A DNA stretch of 60,494 nucleotides, counting the filler, from Circinaria calcarea (Eukaryota), in the NCBI GenBank assembly GCA_051942165.1. It is 9 parts of 9 records of this genome, joined end to end, with 100 filler letters (N's around TTAATTAATTAA, not from the genome) between each part and the next. Parts side by side here need not be neighbours in the genome. Positions count along the whole stretch, not along the records: positions 6,749 to 13,395 come from JAVECS010001529.1; positions 13,496 to 20,133 come from JAVECS010001531.1; positions 20,234 to 26,868 come from JAVECS010001532.1; 6 more parts are not named here. One strand, given 5' to 3'. A program made the translations under genes and the position numbers. How positions within the stretch are numbered: position 1 is the stretch's first letter; every line of letters begins with the position of its first letter. This document shows, piece after piece, positions 10,691-23,200 of the stretch. The notes beneath the pieces are model-generated. The model saw nothing but the letters and a program-made list of their open reading frames with translations, did not search any database and was not told the origin of the DNA.

Positions 10691-13395
10691 TGATCGGTAT
10701 ATGGTCGACGGTTCAGCGCAGATAACCACAGTCCGTTATAAAGCTGCTTTTTGTTGTGCTACTCTTGGAGTACTAGGGCTGAGCAATCACGGTGAATAGA
10801 AGAGGATATCAGTCCCGTCTCTGGCGTTATGGTGCTTCGAAGTCGGTCGACTATCGAATAGAAACGATCTTGGTAAGTCACCGTATTCCCATGATAACTT
10901 AATGCCGTGCCGGGTGTTGATTTGTACGAGTTTTTGCACTTGTCGGACAGCACAGGTCGGAAACGGGGGCAAGCGTTTTGGAAAGTCGATATATGAGACG
11001 ATGGACTAACGAGCACGATCCCACCATACACAAAGAGAGATATCGAAGTAGGAGGATGAAGGCCGTTGCTGTGCTCAGAGCAGGATACTGGTGGAACTAG
11101 GGCAGTTCGGGATTTGGGGAGGTGTCTCTCACACAAATAACGAATCAAAGTAAAGGTTGCGGATCCTGAAGTCAGTAGCGCTAAGTCGTTTCTCAGAGTG
11201 GCCGAAAGGAGAAAGGACAACTGCCAGGAATAACGAATGTATCAGTGAGTTGAAGGTACAGTGTTCGTGTCGAGGACGGTTGATCAGACCGCGGTGACGG
11301 GCAGCCGATGACGCTCTCCCGACCGAGGGATGGACGAGTACGGGGAATGAGCAGTGGGATGTGATTACTAGCGAATCAGGTGAGTAGCTGTTCCAGCTAG
11401 TCGGTCAATGGACGATTGTTTTGCGTTAGTCATTCGAGGACGAAAGCCTCGACCAGTATAGGCAAGGCATATTCCCTTCCCAATACCATTGCGGTAGTGT
11501 CCACTGAAACCAGTGTAGTGGGTTCGTTCGTCCCATCTTCTGCCAATTGCAAGCAGAGGGTGCCAATGGTCCGAGATCCATTGAAATCGTCTTACTCGCG
11601 GCCTTGCCGTCGTGTGGCATGTTCACGACAAAAGATGCTGAAATGGGGTAACGTAAAGCTCGAGAGCAAAATCGAAAGAAGAGAGCGAGGGCCACGCGCA
11701 TGTTATCTGTTCTTCGATCTGCGATCAGCCTGATTATTCCCTCGCACCATTGTGTCGACTCCACTATACGCAGCCAATCAAGAGAAAAGCCAGCAAAGGT
11801 GGCTGTTTTAACATGCTCAATCAGGAAGCTAATCTGTATGTGCCACCCCCAGTGGTAACATCACCTGCAACCCAGAATCCATCCACTTATTATTCCAAGG
11901 ATGTCGGATCAGATCGTTGTCAAATCAAATTGTCAGACTTGGATGCAATCTCCGCTTCCATACCTTTGTGCCTTGAGTTGACTTTTAGAATAGGTGGATC
12001 GGCTCGATCTCTGATCTCATTTCACCAGCAAGGGCTACCTTGAAGGTGTCGATGATGCATAACTACCCTTTCTATGTCACCGTATCCTTATGGCTTCATG
12101 TGGTCCCTCAGTTATGATCTTCATACATTTCAAATTGATATCTCCTTCTATAGCTGTCAGTGCTGTCGTCTCGTCCGTGATTACAGTCTCTCTGTAAATG
12201 GTATCTTTGGAGAACCGCCCAAATACTCCCTGTCTGGTCTGATCTTTAAGCAGCCTCCTTGTGATTGCGTACTAAACCACTATCGGATCATGAACAGTGA
12301 CGTATGATAGGATGCGGCGGATGGCCTGCGTCTTCCCTTTCTGCACACAGTATCAAATCTTGCTAGATCCTCATGGTACCAATCTTGGGCCTTCCTGCAC
12401 CTTCCTATGTAGTAGTCTATCGATTGCGAGATACTCGGCTATTTCTTTCTACATCCCATCATATCCTACAGGTTGGAATCTCCGTATTCTTGAATCCGGT
12501 CATACTATTCGGTTCCCTCTTGGTCTGGAACGAGTTCTGGCACGCCATTAGCAATGCTCAATCTTCATTTTGATCCTCTGCTCAGCTCTGATACCAGAAG
12601 CTCATCTCATTCATGCATATCTTGTCTGTCAAGACCTGTTATTATTAAGTCTGCACTGAGAAATGTACTCTACTTCTTCATGCAGAACAGTATTCAAGGG
12701 CTACATCCCATGACAGGGTAGCTACAGCCGCGTACCAATATGATCTCCCTTGGCTTGTGGCACCCCGAAATGACAGAATGGGTTTGACTGTTGCAGGCAA
12801 GACTAAACCGCCTGTTTATCACGCTAAACCAGTCTCCCAGAGTCAATTCCTAACCATCTCTTCAAATAATCAACAACACGACGACAAAGTAATCTATATA
12901 CAATACTTTACCAATGTCCAAGTCCCAATGCCGTCGTGTAATGTTACGCGTAGGTAAATTTGCTAGTAATACTGAACCTAGCATCAATTGAGGGTTACGT
13001 TAAGTCGCACACTCGCAAACTTTCCGAATGTTCTGGTATGTTGATATAGAGTGCTGACATTACGCAAACCTCCGGTTTCCTTATACTATTGGCTCTTTCG
13101 CAGCTATCACACTCGCGATCCCGCCAACGCATGCGTTTCCAGTTTTGCAAAACCCTCATTCTGGCCCGTGGTACCCAGGCAACGTCTTCCCTTGGCAAAT
13201 GCTACAGCGCCTGCAGAACGGTTACAAAAGCCTCTTGATTGTTCCATTCCTCTCAGCCTATCCACCCCACAGTGGCGGTGTCCGCAAGATCATCCAAATT
13301 CCCACGCATCGTTTGAGTCTCACTTCCAACTACACGGAAGAGACTGCACACATTGTGACCTAAGATCCTGCCTAATCACCCCCCCCCCCCCCCCC

Positions 13396-13495
13396 NNNNN
13401 NNNNNNNNNNNNNNNNNNNNNNNNNNNNNNNNNNNNNNNTTAATTAATTAANNNNNNNNNNNNNNNNNNNNNNNNNNNNNNNNNNNNNNNNNNNN
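13396..13495. other. Artificial contig spacer
   Basis: N44-TTAATTAATTAA-N44. Confidence 0.99.
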
Positions 13496-14522
13496 TCTTT
13501 GGGTCCGGTTTTGGCGAAGAATCTATCGTCCTCTTGGCTTCCGAAAGGGTTACAACTTCCCGCTGTTCATCATCACCTTCGGTGCCCTCATGGGATTCAC
13601 GCTTGCCCGCTTCCAGTATCTCGACATCTCCGGCACATTTCGGCTAAGCGTCACTCCGGGTGAATGGTACTGGTACCAGCAAGGCTTTCGTCACGTCGGC
13701 ATCATCCTCCACTTAGGCGCAGTGCTTCCGCTCTCCTTCCTCGTTTGCTTCCAATTCGTGCCGGTGATCCGGCACAAGCTTCTCCTCCTCCACCGGATCG
13801 ACGGTTACATAATCATCCTCCTCACCTTCGCCAGCAATGCCGGTGCCTTGATGATTACCCGCCACGCTCAGGGTGGGGCCCCCGCGACCCAGGCCGGACT
13901 CGCCGTCCTGGCGATAATCACAACCTTCGGGATAACCATGGCGTATTACAACATCAAACGCCTGCAGATCGATCAACACCGTGCCTGGATGCTCCGAACA
14001 TTCATCATTATGGGTAGCATCATCACCACTCGCCCCATCATGATTTTAGGCCGATCCATCATCACCAACATGGGCAGCTATTACTCCGACATGCCCTGTG
14101 CGGAGATCAGACACACTTACGAACAATTCGGCGCCGTTGGTCCTAGCAACCCCACCAATCTCATCTACCCGCAGTGCGCCGACCCCAGCAGCTCTGGCCA
14201 AATTGCCGTCCTTGTGAGCAACGCTGGGCCCGAGGGTATCGGAGCTGGGTTGAACTTGACATTCGGCATGGGTTTGTGGCTTGCAATGTTCCTGCACGCT
14301 TTCTTCGTGGAACTCTATCTTTCGCTCACGCCGGCGGAAGCCCAGCGGTTGAGAATTGTCTCTTACAAGCGGCAGCGGGAGGCTGGATTCAAGAATCCGG
14401 GGAGCGCGGGGTTTACGGTGGAGAAGTGGGGGGATGCACCCAGGTGGGAACCACCGGCCGAGGTAGTGGCGGAGTATGAAGCAGAAAAGAGGCGGATTGG
14501 TGGTGGGGGTGGTGATGTTTAG
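13496..14522 (+). CDS. DUF2306-family multi-pass membrane protein, 5' truncated
   Basis: YRPLGFRKGYNFPLF, PGEWYW, LHL..VLP, FQFVPVIRHK..LLHRIDGY, AYYNIKRLQIDQHRAWMLR and EIYL/ELYLSLTPAEAQRLR.VSY.RQ.EAG..NPGSAG motifs of the fungal DUF2306 family. Confidence 0.85.
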
Positions 14523-16318
14523 AGTAGAGTCGAGGGGAGTGAGATGGGTTTAGTTTGGTTTTTGGGGCGAGCAGTTGAGCGTGGAGTAATTGTGTTTCAA
14601 AGGTTGGAGGTGGTACGTAAATCAGAGATGATGGATAAGATCAGGTGCCTCTTTTTCGGATTTCATATCATGATCATCAAAATATCAAAAGACTTGGAAT
14701 ATTCTCGATCAAATCCTCAAAGTTATAACAAACGTTTCAGCCTAGATAAACCTCCCCCAGAATTTCTCTCCTTTTTCTTCTTCCTCCTCCTCCCCATCTA
14801 CCCTATCCTATCCCCTTAACCCTGACACTCCAACTTGAGACAACCTTTTTTTTAAAAAAAATCCTCCCCCCCCAATCCAGAAAGTGCGCAAGTAGCAGTA
14901 GCAGTTGCAGTTGCAGTTGCAATACCTCAGCCACCTAAACCCCCCTTCTTTTTTCATGTAAAAACAAATTCCAACTCCAACTCCAAACCCGCCCAGCGAT
15001 GTACTTGTATCGCTAGAACAGGGTATCCGGTACGGGGTATTGTAAACAGGAATTTTCTGTCTCATTTTTACTTTTATTTTAACCCTCGCTGCCTATATCT
15101 ATACCCTACACCCATTCTTTTTTTTCCCCCCGGCCCACATTTTGCTGGATAAATGGATAACCGGAGAAGCAGATAATCTTCCTTTAAACATCCGTCCTTG
15201 AGTTTTCATGTGATTTTATACGATTTTCACATGTATGAGTACGAGTAACTTTGGTAGACCGACGACTAGGCCCCCCTGATTTAGAAAACCCACGGCACTA
15301 ACACTTAATACTAAACACGAAATACCATAATTAATCCCATTTTCCAAACCCCCATTCCCAAGTCCCAATTAATTAAATTTTAAATCTACCCACGAGATTC
15401 CCGGTATTCCCATCTTCCCATATACCATTTCTTCCATCGCTCTGCTTACAGTATTTGGATTTAGGTTTGGGTTTGGGGAACGGGAAGCTGAGGGTCAGGA
15501 GTAATAGTTAGAAAGTAAGAAGAGGAGTAGGAGGAGTACGGCTAGGGAGTACCAGGGTTTATCAATTCCAATTTTCCGTAAAATGGCTTTGGGGCGTTTC
15601 GGTTGGAAATATTAGCCCTTCCCTTCCCTTTCCTTTTTTTTCTTTTCCTCTCTTCCTACTCTCGCAAGTGGTAAAACGTACTCATCCACGTACTGGTGCG
15701 CCTTTGACACAAAGGATTGACGACTGTAGAAGAGGAGGACGAATTATGAGGGAATGCTAGAGAAGGATCGAATGGGAAAAGGGAAGGATTGGATTGGATA
15801 GGAAGGGAGGAGTAAGAGAAAGAGAGGGGGGGGGTCTTGTGAACAGACTATACGTGGGTAATTGAGTGGAACGGAAGGGAATGTAGGGAAGAATAAATGT
15901 AGATGGGAGTTCGGATTTGAGGTACTGTCCATCGGCTTAAGGGGGCTGGGATTCAAGTAGGCCGGTACTGCGGTACTTTGCGTTTTCGTGTTTCGTAAAC
16001 GCAAAGGTATATATAGAGACTGCATGAGATTATGAAAGTTCACACGGTGGTCTGTTTCGAACGTAGCATTTAATTTGTGAATGCAAAGGTGCAGAGTAGA
16101 ATCTGAGTGGCTATTGTACATGATGGAATACTGCGGGAGAGCAGTAGCGAAGACAGGGAAGGATGAGAAATGATCAGAAATGCAGAGAGCTAGAGTCTTG
16201 TGTTGCTTGTAAGGCTGGTACGTGAAGATTTCGCTCACTTCAATGGTACATGCCTACACCATAGCATGACCTAATCATTTCTCAGAGAGAATGTTGCCCC
16301 CTTTTCGACAACTCTGGC

Positions 16319-18224
16319 TCACTTTAACCAGCGAGGCTCGAGGACGTGGAGGTTATCGGAATAATATTTGGCCTCCTGGGCGGAAATTTCCGTGAGTGTT
16401 GGCGTCAGATCACCCTTGATTCCGCTATGCCACTCGACGAAGTATATTCGAGGCCTCAGTAGGTCATCCAAACGGCGATTCCCACCCGTTACCCTAGGCT
16501 CTCTAGATTCAGCAACGGTGAAAGCACCGATGATGATTATTTCCAGTTTCGGAGGATCCCTGGAGAACCGGTATAAAGTCATTTCGCGCAGAAGAGACCG
16601 GACTAGACTTTCGTGGAGGTCTCGTAAGGGAATGATCTTGCAGAGGTTTTCGATATCACCTGGTAGAGTACGGATGTTCAGGGCTCGGAGATATCTGAGA
16701 TCCGTGAACAATGACATTGGCTATTGCGCTTAACAAATATACTCATTGATTGATCAGAATAACTTACGGTTAGACGTGCAGCACCCGATGTATGATTCCA
16801 ATTAATCGGAAACCCAATTTCCTGCAGTTTACCAAATTGAGGAGGTGGAAAGCGATACCCAGGCATGGATGTGTGATTGCTAAGGGAGGTGCAGGTTGCA
16901 ACGGTCGTCCTTGCAGTAGTTCTGCCTTCCCAGATCAAGGTTCTCAGACTTGGACCGTGTGTTGTAAGGAAACAATCAAGACTAGGTAGACTGGTGGTCT
17001 TATCGAGGAGAACGCTAAGATGCACAAGTCCCGAGAAGGATTTGAGAAATGAGGCTAAACTGTCCCGAAGGACTTGGGATTCTCCTTCGAAGCGCAGCTG
17101 AAATCGTTTAAGTGACAGATGCGACACTGTTGCAAGGTTGGATAGAACGACTTCTGAATCAATACACGACTCCAAGCATAGAACTTGAAGCATCTCAAGA
17201 TTTGCAAAAGGGAGAACCGATATCGGAATAGGTAAGCTGGGTGGGATCAACCTCAAACCAATCAGATGTAGTGTCCACAGTTCCAACGGAAAGTCAATAG
17301 TACTACTTGAGCTGACCGGTTGAAGGTCCTTCTCTAGATAATGGAGTATCCAACCTTCATCGTCATCTAATTCCCCAGTGCTGGCGTATTGATTTACCAT
17401 TTCCATCTCTTGGCCCAGCGTCAGATGACGCAGAGTGGCTCTGTTTTTACTAACGATGTCTGATTTCCAGCCCAATTCATTCTTATCATCGATCGAAGAC
17501 TGATTGAAAGTTGCCAGACGCGGTGGGAATGGAGACCGGACATTATAATGGGTAGAAGCTCTACACATTTGCAAGTGTTGCAGTGAACGGCATTGCTGAT
17601 CGAATAGCAGATTTAGTGTCTTGCCTCCTAAGATACAGTCATGGGCCCATCTGCGTACCAAGTTAATAGTACTGCTGTAGGGGTATTGCTTTCATGGTCT
17701 CTTACCCAAAGGACGTCAAGCGATTCGGAGGGATTCTCCTAATCAGTGACCTTATTAAAAGGTTGAGAGTATATGATAGCACCCGTGGAGGTGGTCGAAT
17801 CGGCCCAGGTTTAGTCCAATAGTTATCGTTGGTGTCTGGGTCTCTGAGGTAATCCGAATCCCAATCTTCAACGGTACACGGGCACGTTGTGATGGACAGA
17901 CGAGTGGTATACTTGAGTGCCCTTGGAGATCCGGTTGCTAAAATCTCCAATTGTGGCAGGCTGTCCCACTTGCAAGGAATCTGAAGTGAAAGCTCAGAAT
18001 AGAGAAGTGGCTCAGCATGCTCACGGGTAGTCGTACAGGCTTGCGACACATGACTGAGATCTGAAGGTCGACGAAGCTATTATCTATCGTATTAGATTTC
18101 CAAATGACACTCAGTCCTCAGAAGGATAACTTACATATCGGAAGATCATAGTCAAAACCTCAGGAGGAAGCGTTACCAATGATGCTCGAGGCATATCAGC
18201 GTACAGGGCAGTTGTATCTTCCAT
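16319..18224 (-). CDS. F-box domain protein with an LRR-like C-terminal region, 4 exons
   Basis: Spliced N-terminus MEDTTALYADMPRASLVTLPPEVLTMIFRY/LRRPSDLSHVSQAC...AEPLLY (F-box pattern). Canonical introns link ORFs 17702-18049, 16678-17661 and 16319-16717, which carry LxxLxL repeats. Confidence 0.75.
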
Positions 18225-18441
18225 TGGGTTTGCAAAATGATATCTGTAGGTGACGAAGAGTATAGCTTATTGGAATGACGGATGATCTCTCGGAAATATG
18301 CAGTGTCATCCCCCTGTAAGCCGGAAATATGCAATCTCATACTTCAAGTTGCAATTTCATACCCCAACCCCCAAACTTTAGCGACTGGCCTTCTGTTAGT
18401 GGAAAGTGGCTATTATTAAGGTCACGGCGGAAGGTCGCTAT

Positions 18442-18546
18442 CACTGCCGCAAAGACCCACAATCGCAGAGGTCACTGTCGCAAGTAGTCAGTATCGCAAA
18501 AACCCACTGTCGCAGAGATCACTGCTGTCGCAGAGGTCACTGCCGC
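18442..18546. repeat. Degenerate tandem repeat, about 7 copies of 15-18 bp (consensus CACTGTCGCAGAGGT)
   Basis: Units cactgccgcaaagacc / cacaatcgcagaggt / cactgtcgcaagtagt / cagtatcgcaaaaacc / cactgtcgcagagat / cactgctgtcgcagaggt / cactgccgc. Confidence 0.8.
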
Positions 18547-19065
18547 CAGTGGCATTGCGACACATTGTGACAGCGACATCGACCCACTGAAAACCGCGAC
18601 AATAAACTTAGCCTTATTAACCCCGGGCCGGGTTCTTAAGCTAATACCCTGCTGACAGTAGTGTATTCTTTGGGGGTACCCCTGAAAATTTGGGAGTGGG
18701 GGATGAAATTGCATATATCCGATGATTTCTTTGAGATCGGACGAAGGAAATTAAGCGAGGAGTATCTTTGAGTTAGCCTAGGGGAATTCTAGGAGATAAG
18801 AGCATATCTAAAGAAAGTAGGGGCGGTATTACCAAAGTACTACAGTGTCCGGCAAAATAAAGCCTAGCGCGAACTTTGACAGCCGTTACAGCACTGAGGT
18901 TACGACTTTAATAGTAGACTTTTAGTGCCTTGACGATAATGATGGTAGACCGCGACAGACATAGTAGACCTCGCCTAATAGTCAGTGTTTCAATACCAAG
19001 TGATAATATATATTATATATATACCCCGAATTTAGAATTGGAAATTACCGTTTTCGATCCGGAAA

Positions 19066-19169
19066 GGGAGCAGGGCCGCTTTAGAGGGAGCAGCGATGGA
19101 GCAGCGAGGGAGCAGTGGGGGAGCACTGAGGGAGCACTGAGGGAGCAAGAGGGAGCACTATGGGGCAGT
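19066..19169. repeat. Minisatellite, about 11-bp unit GGGAGCA(C/G)TGA
   Basis: About 8 copies of the GGGAGCA core at roughly 11-bp spacing. Confidence 0.85.
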
Positions 19170-19704
19170 GATTCTGTTGAACTTTAGAGAGCAAATCGGC
19201 CAACAGGAGGTGTCGCAGCTCGATTGGATTTGACGGTTTGCAATCGCTTCGCTGAATTGTTCTTGGCTAGTGGCGAGGATAGGAAAATGCTCCAAGCTCA
19301 GTTTGCAGCTGGCTGCCTTACCACCCGAATTGGTTGATAAGGTGCGCAAAGAGCGTGAAGGTTTGGGCAGGCGTTCCTTAATGTAGGTCCAGGTACATAG
19401 CTGGTAAGATGCGCACGATGGATACATGTCGCACCTACAACGCTTCCACAATAGAAAGTAACTGTGGCTGCGTGTGGCTGAGTGGAATTTGCGCGGGCCA
19501 TAGCCACTTTAGTCACAACAAACTATGGATTAAAGTAGGGTCTGACTGTGCTCCTCCAGTAGGATAATGGCTGCCCTAAAATCGCCCTACAAGGCTAGTT
19601 TTGGCAGGATTTGGGTTTTTGACCTTGGTTGAAGGTGAGTCTGCGATGGACATAGTTAAATATTGTGGTTTATAGTTCATAACTTCAGCCATTATTTCAT
19701 AGAA

Positions 19705-19775
19705 GTATCGGTGGTTGAGTGGTACAATCAGTGTTTGCCATATACTGGGCCCGGGTTCGATTCCCGGTCGATACA
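19705..19775 (+). tRNA. tRNA-Gly(GCC), intronless, divergent
   Basis: Cloverleaf: acceptor GTATCGG/TCGATAC, D stem GTTG/CAAT, anticodon stem AGTGT/ATACT with loop TTGCCAT, T arm CCGGG-TTCGATT-CCCGG, discriminator A, then a T-run Pol III terminator. Confidence 0.9.
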
Positions 19776-20133
19776 TTTTTACATTTAAAAACTACTTTTT
19801 TGCTCTTTTTTCGCCAGGGCACCAGTGGGTGCAGTAATTCCGAGGTCACCCCGATTAGCGCACTATGCATTTTTGTTTGTTTACTTACCCATTACTCTCT
19901 ACTATGAACAGGGGTAAGAGGGCTGGAGGGGTGGCGCACTGACCCGGTGCCGAGAGTCGCTACCTACGCCCCGGAGTCCTAAGCAACAATTAGAGGCTTG
20001 CCAGTCCCGAGGGTAGCAGGATCTGACACGCCGAAATAACTTCCTGAGTGGAAGGCCAAAGGCGAAAACAAGCATTTGGAGAAGATGGTTGAATCCGGCA
20101 GGCGTCGCTACCCGGCGACTATCTAAGGTAAGA

Positions 20134-20233
20134 NNNNNNNNNNNNNNNNNNNNNNNNNNNNNNNNNNNNNNNNNNNNTTAATTAATTAANNNNNNNNNNN
20201 NNNNNNNNNNNNNNNNNNNNNNNNNNNNNNNNN
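20134..20233. other. Artificial contig spacer
   Basis: N44-TTAATTAATTAA-N44. Confidence 0.99.
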
Positions 20234-20988
20234 ATAATGGCCGATATAAAGAACACCCATCGCCTATAATGAACTGCGTCAGTTTACATGCAGAAACGAA
20301 GGAACTGCAAATCTTACCAGCCAAGTGAGGTAGTAACGAACGTTCCTACAATAGGGCCCATACAGATTCCTACGTTGGCAGCCACTGCCCAGGCAAAGAT
20401 CATCCAAATGCGTTTTCCGCTGTTGAAGATGTCCTCCGCACTACCAGCGATGACAATTGTAGGCAGCGCAGACGCCGCGCCCATTACAAAGCGGCCAATC
20501 AGAATGGCGGCAAGGTGAGGAACCATGGCAACAATGATGCTGAAGACACAGTAAAGACCGGTAGCAATTATGAACAGCTTTTTGCGGCCATACGACTCGG
20601 AATAAGGTGGAAAAAAAACACCGCCTACTGCCTGAGCAAGCATATAGATTGACGTGAAGCTAAACAAGGCCGATGTGCGTCCGATGTTCAAGTCAAGGCG
20701 TGCTTGCTCACTTGCTGGCGTACCTGCTGTACTGATGACCGTAGTGAAGAAATCCAGGAAGATAAGCAGGCCAAAGTCGTATATCTTCCTCCATGTCGAC
20801 CAGTTCCTGGGATGGCTTGGATTTGATCTCTGCCAGCGAATATAGCCATCCTCTCCAAGCTCAAGGCCGTGCTTTGTCAGTTGGAAACGTAAATTGTCGA
20901 CGGGCGTATGCTTTTCGGAAATGAATACCGAAGGCGCATTGGGCGCTGAAGATTGATGGGCAATGACAGGATGTTTTGGCGTCGCCAT
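20234..20988 (-). CDS. MFS drug:H+ antiporter (DHA1-like), 3' truncated
   Basis: HPRNWSTWRK, PPYSESYGRK, GRFVMG, AGSAEDIF and GPIVG...LGW/RWVFFI motifs; intron at about 20264-20317. Confidence 0.9.
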
Positions 20989-21917
20989 CGGGTTTATTAA
21001 TTAAATAGAGACTTCTTCAGGAAATTCACCGCAAAGAAAAAGCAGAAGTGGGAAAGGAAGAAGAAAGGTATTGAGCGATGGGGATAAAGCCGGGGTTACT
21101 CCGTACCCGGGATTGCTCCACACCGCTCAACAAGTCAATTACAGAGTACCTTGTAATCGGCATCGGGATCAGGATTCCCGGATCGCCAAAAAAAGCGGGC
21201 CGCAGGGAAAGTATAATGATCTCCTCTACTCCGTATGGTACGGTAGCATTAAATACCGGAATTAATGCCAAGATAAATCGAGGCTAGCGTCAAACCAAGA
21301 CAACTGTGGATCACAGAATATTAACAATTAGGGCTACGGGTAGGGTGCGAGTCCTTTGCGGTTTTCCGTGTCTCTGAAGTACAGCAGGTACTCGGCTATT
21401 ACTCCCCCCGAGCTGAATCACCGTGACTTAATAGTGACATTGCGTAGCTACCTGCTGTATTTGGTAAGACGGTCATTCCGAGATAACCGTCCCTCCAATG
21501 GATTGCTCACGCATCTAGCCCCATCAGGCCGAAGAGTTTCTTGGTGCGACTCTTATCTACTCACCGACTGAGCTGATCGAGCATCAGAGAAACGTCAACA
21601 GCTAGACACGTATTGCATTGCCTTCCCTGCTTGCATTTCTTGAAGCCGGAAAGTGACCGAAGGTTTTCGCGCATTATGGAACGGCTGTCCACAAAACGTG
21701 CTTCCACATCTATATCGACATCAGGGTTTTGGTCATAGTAGGTTCAGCCCACTGTATCCATAGTCCATTAGCAGGACCGCCTTGCTTGGACTGCGACCAT
21801 CCTTCGTTTTTGGGAAGGAGGCGAGCGTCCAGATCATATGGATCCACCTTTGGCTTTCTTAGAACCAGTCTTGGCCCATAGGCACGAGGTAAAACAGAGC
21901 TATCAATGAACTCTTAT

Positions 21918-22328
21918 TTAAGAGCCACCACACTTGCTTAACAGAGACCTTAATCCCGAAAACGTAGCCGTCTGCAGAGCCAGCAAGTCCAAATGGGGCA
22001 CAACCACTCTTCTCTTGTTCTTCGTTCCCCCATGTCCGGGGACGTTCTCCTGGTGCTGTTCTCTCGGTGAGAGCTTTAGCTGAGAACTCCCGGTAACGAA
22101 GAGGGACCGGAATGCGGTCATGGAATTGGCGATGATGGCGATCTACTTCGACCCAGAAGAGGATCCAGACGACGTCATCTTGACCATTACTAAGCTTGTG
22201 GCGGGCGGCGCGGATGATATTTGTTATTATGGCGAAGATGCTAAGACGTAGGAGGGAGCCAAGACCGAGTTTGCGACGGAGATTGATTTTTACGCTCCAG
22301 ATGAGCATGACGGAGATGGAGATTACTG
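21918..22328 (-). pseudogene. 3' remnant of a PTH11-like (fungal rhodopsin-domain) membrane protein
   Basis: ISISVMLIWSVKINLRRKLGLG.LL.LSIFAII..IIR...DVVWILFWVEV/(frameshift near 22142)IAIIANSMTAFRSLFV; upstream exons not found. Confidence 0.7.
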
Positions 22329-22829
22329 AATAGAAGTCAGTAAGAAAAGGAAGGCGTGGTGGTTGTTGCTAGGAGCGGAGTAACCCACGTCGAAGGTTTG
22401 TGAAGATATCAAGAATCTACCCGTACGGTAGCTCTTGTCCAATGATAAGGCGACGTCCGACTGCCAGCCTACTCTTCATGGACTTTGATGAAGTCTGATA
22501 GGATTATAAGGTCACATCTGATGGCAAGGGCAGTTGCTAGAAGTCGCTCACGTACTCGAAGGATGGTACGCGGATGGGTGAGGGTGGAGGTCCATCTGTA
22601 CTCGTCATGTTAGCTTCTAAATCTTCAAAGACTGGATCAGTAACGTTTCAAGGAAAGTACAACTGCCGCCTGGGAAAGAAAAGTCGACAAAGAGATCGGA
22701 AGGAGCAGGGATGAGATCATACGTTTCCATTGGACGCGTTCATAGATACAAATCTCATTCTACAATTCCTCCCGCTTGAAAACTCGGGAAAATACTAGCG
22801 GGGAAAACGAAGTGCCAGTTGTCGAGCCT

Positions 22830-23200
22830 ATCCTCTTGGAAGGCATCGTCGATACAGAGACAGGGACCGAGCACCACTCTCCATCATAGTCTGCCGAGCG
22901 TGGAGCCATCTTATATCACCTTCGATTCGTCCGAGTTCAACTTCAATGTCTCCAATTCGATTTTCAACCTTATCCTCAACAATCTTTACACCAACTATCA
23001 TTAGAAACGTCGGGTAAACGAAATGCTGTAAGACTAAGAAGTAATGTTAGTAATATTCTTTATCACTATCGTACGAACTTACAGCCTAAGAACAGCGGAT
23101 TGGGCATATTTGCGATCGGATAGAATATTCTTGTAGGCTGTACATGTAAGTTACTGGCATCAAATATTAGAAAGGAGATTTACTTGATGTGGAGTAGTAA
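22830..23200 (-). pseudogene. Possible small spliced gene or relic with a coiled-coil exon
   Basis: Canonical intron GTAAGT...ACTAAC...TAG at about 23034-23082 next to the reading frame VGVKIVEDKVENRIGDIEVELGRIEGDIRWL; the frames do not join cleanly. Confidence 0.25.

Noticed and set aside
7500..13395. Dikaritin precursor (signal peptide + KR-delimited repeats) near the DUF3328 relic
   Set aside because: No repetitive peptide ORF was seen on either strand
18442..19169. CRISPR-like array
   Set aside because: Tandem units without unique spacers, in a eukaryotic context with no cas genes
20040..20090. Hammerhead-ribozyme-like CTGA...GGCC-AAA-GGC-GAAA
   Set aside because: Core spacing is wrong (CTGAGTGGA), and there is no stem III or cleavage triplet
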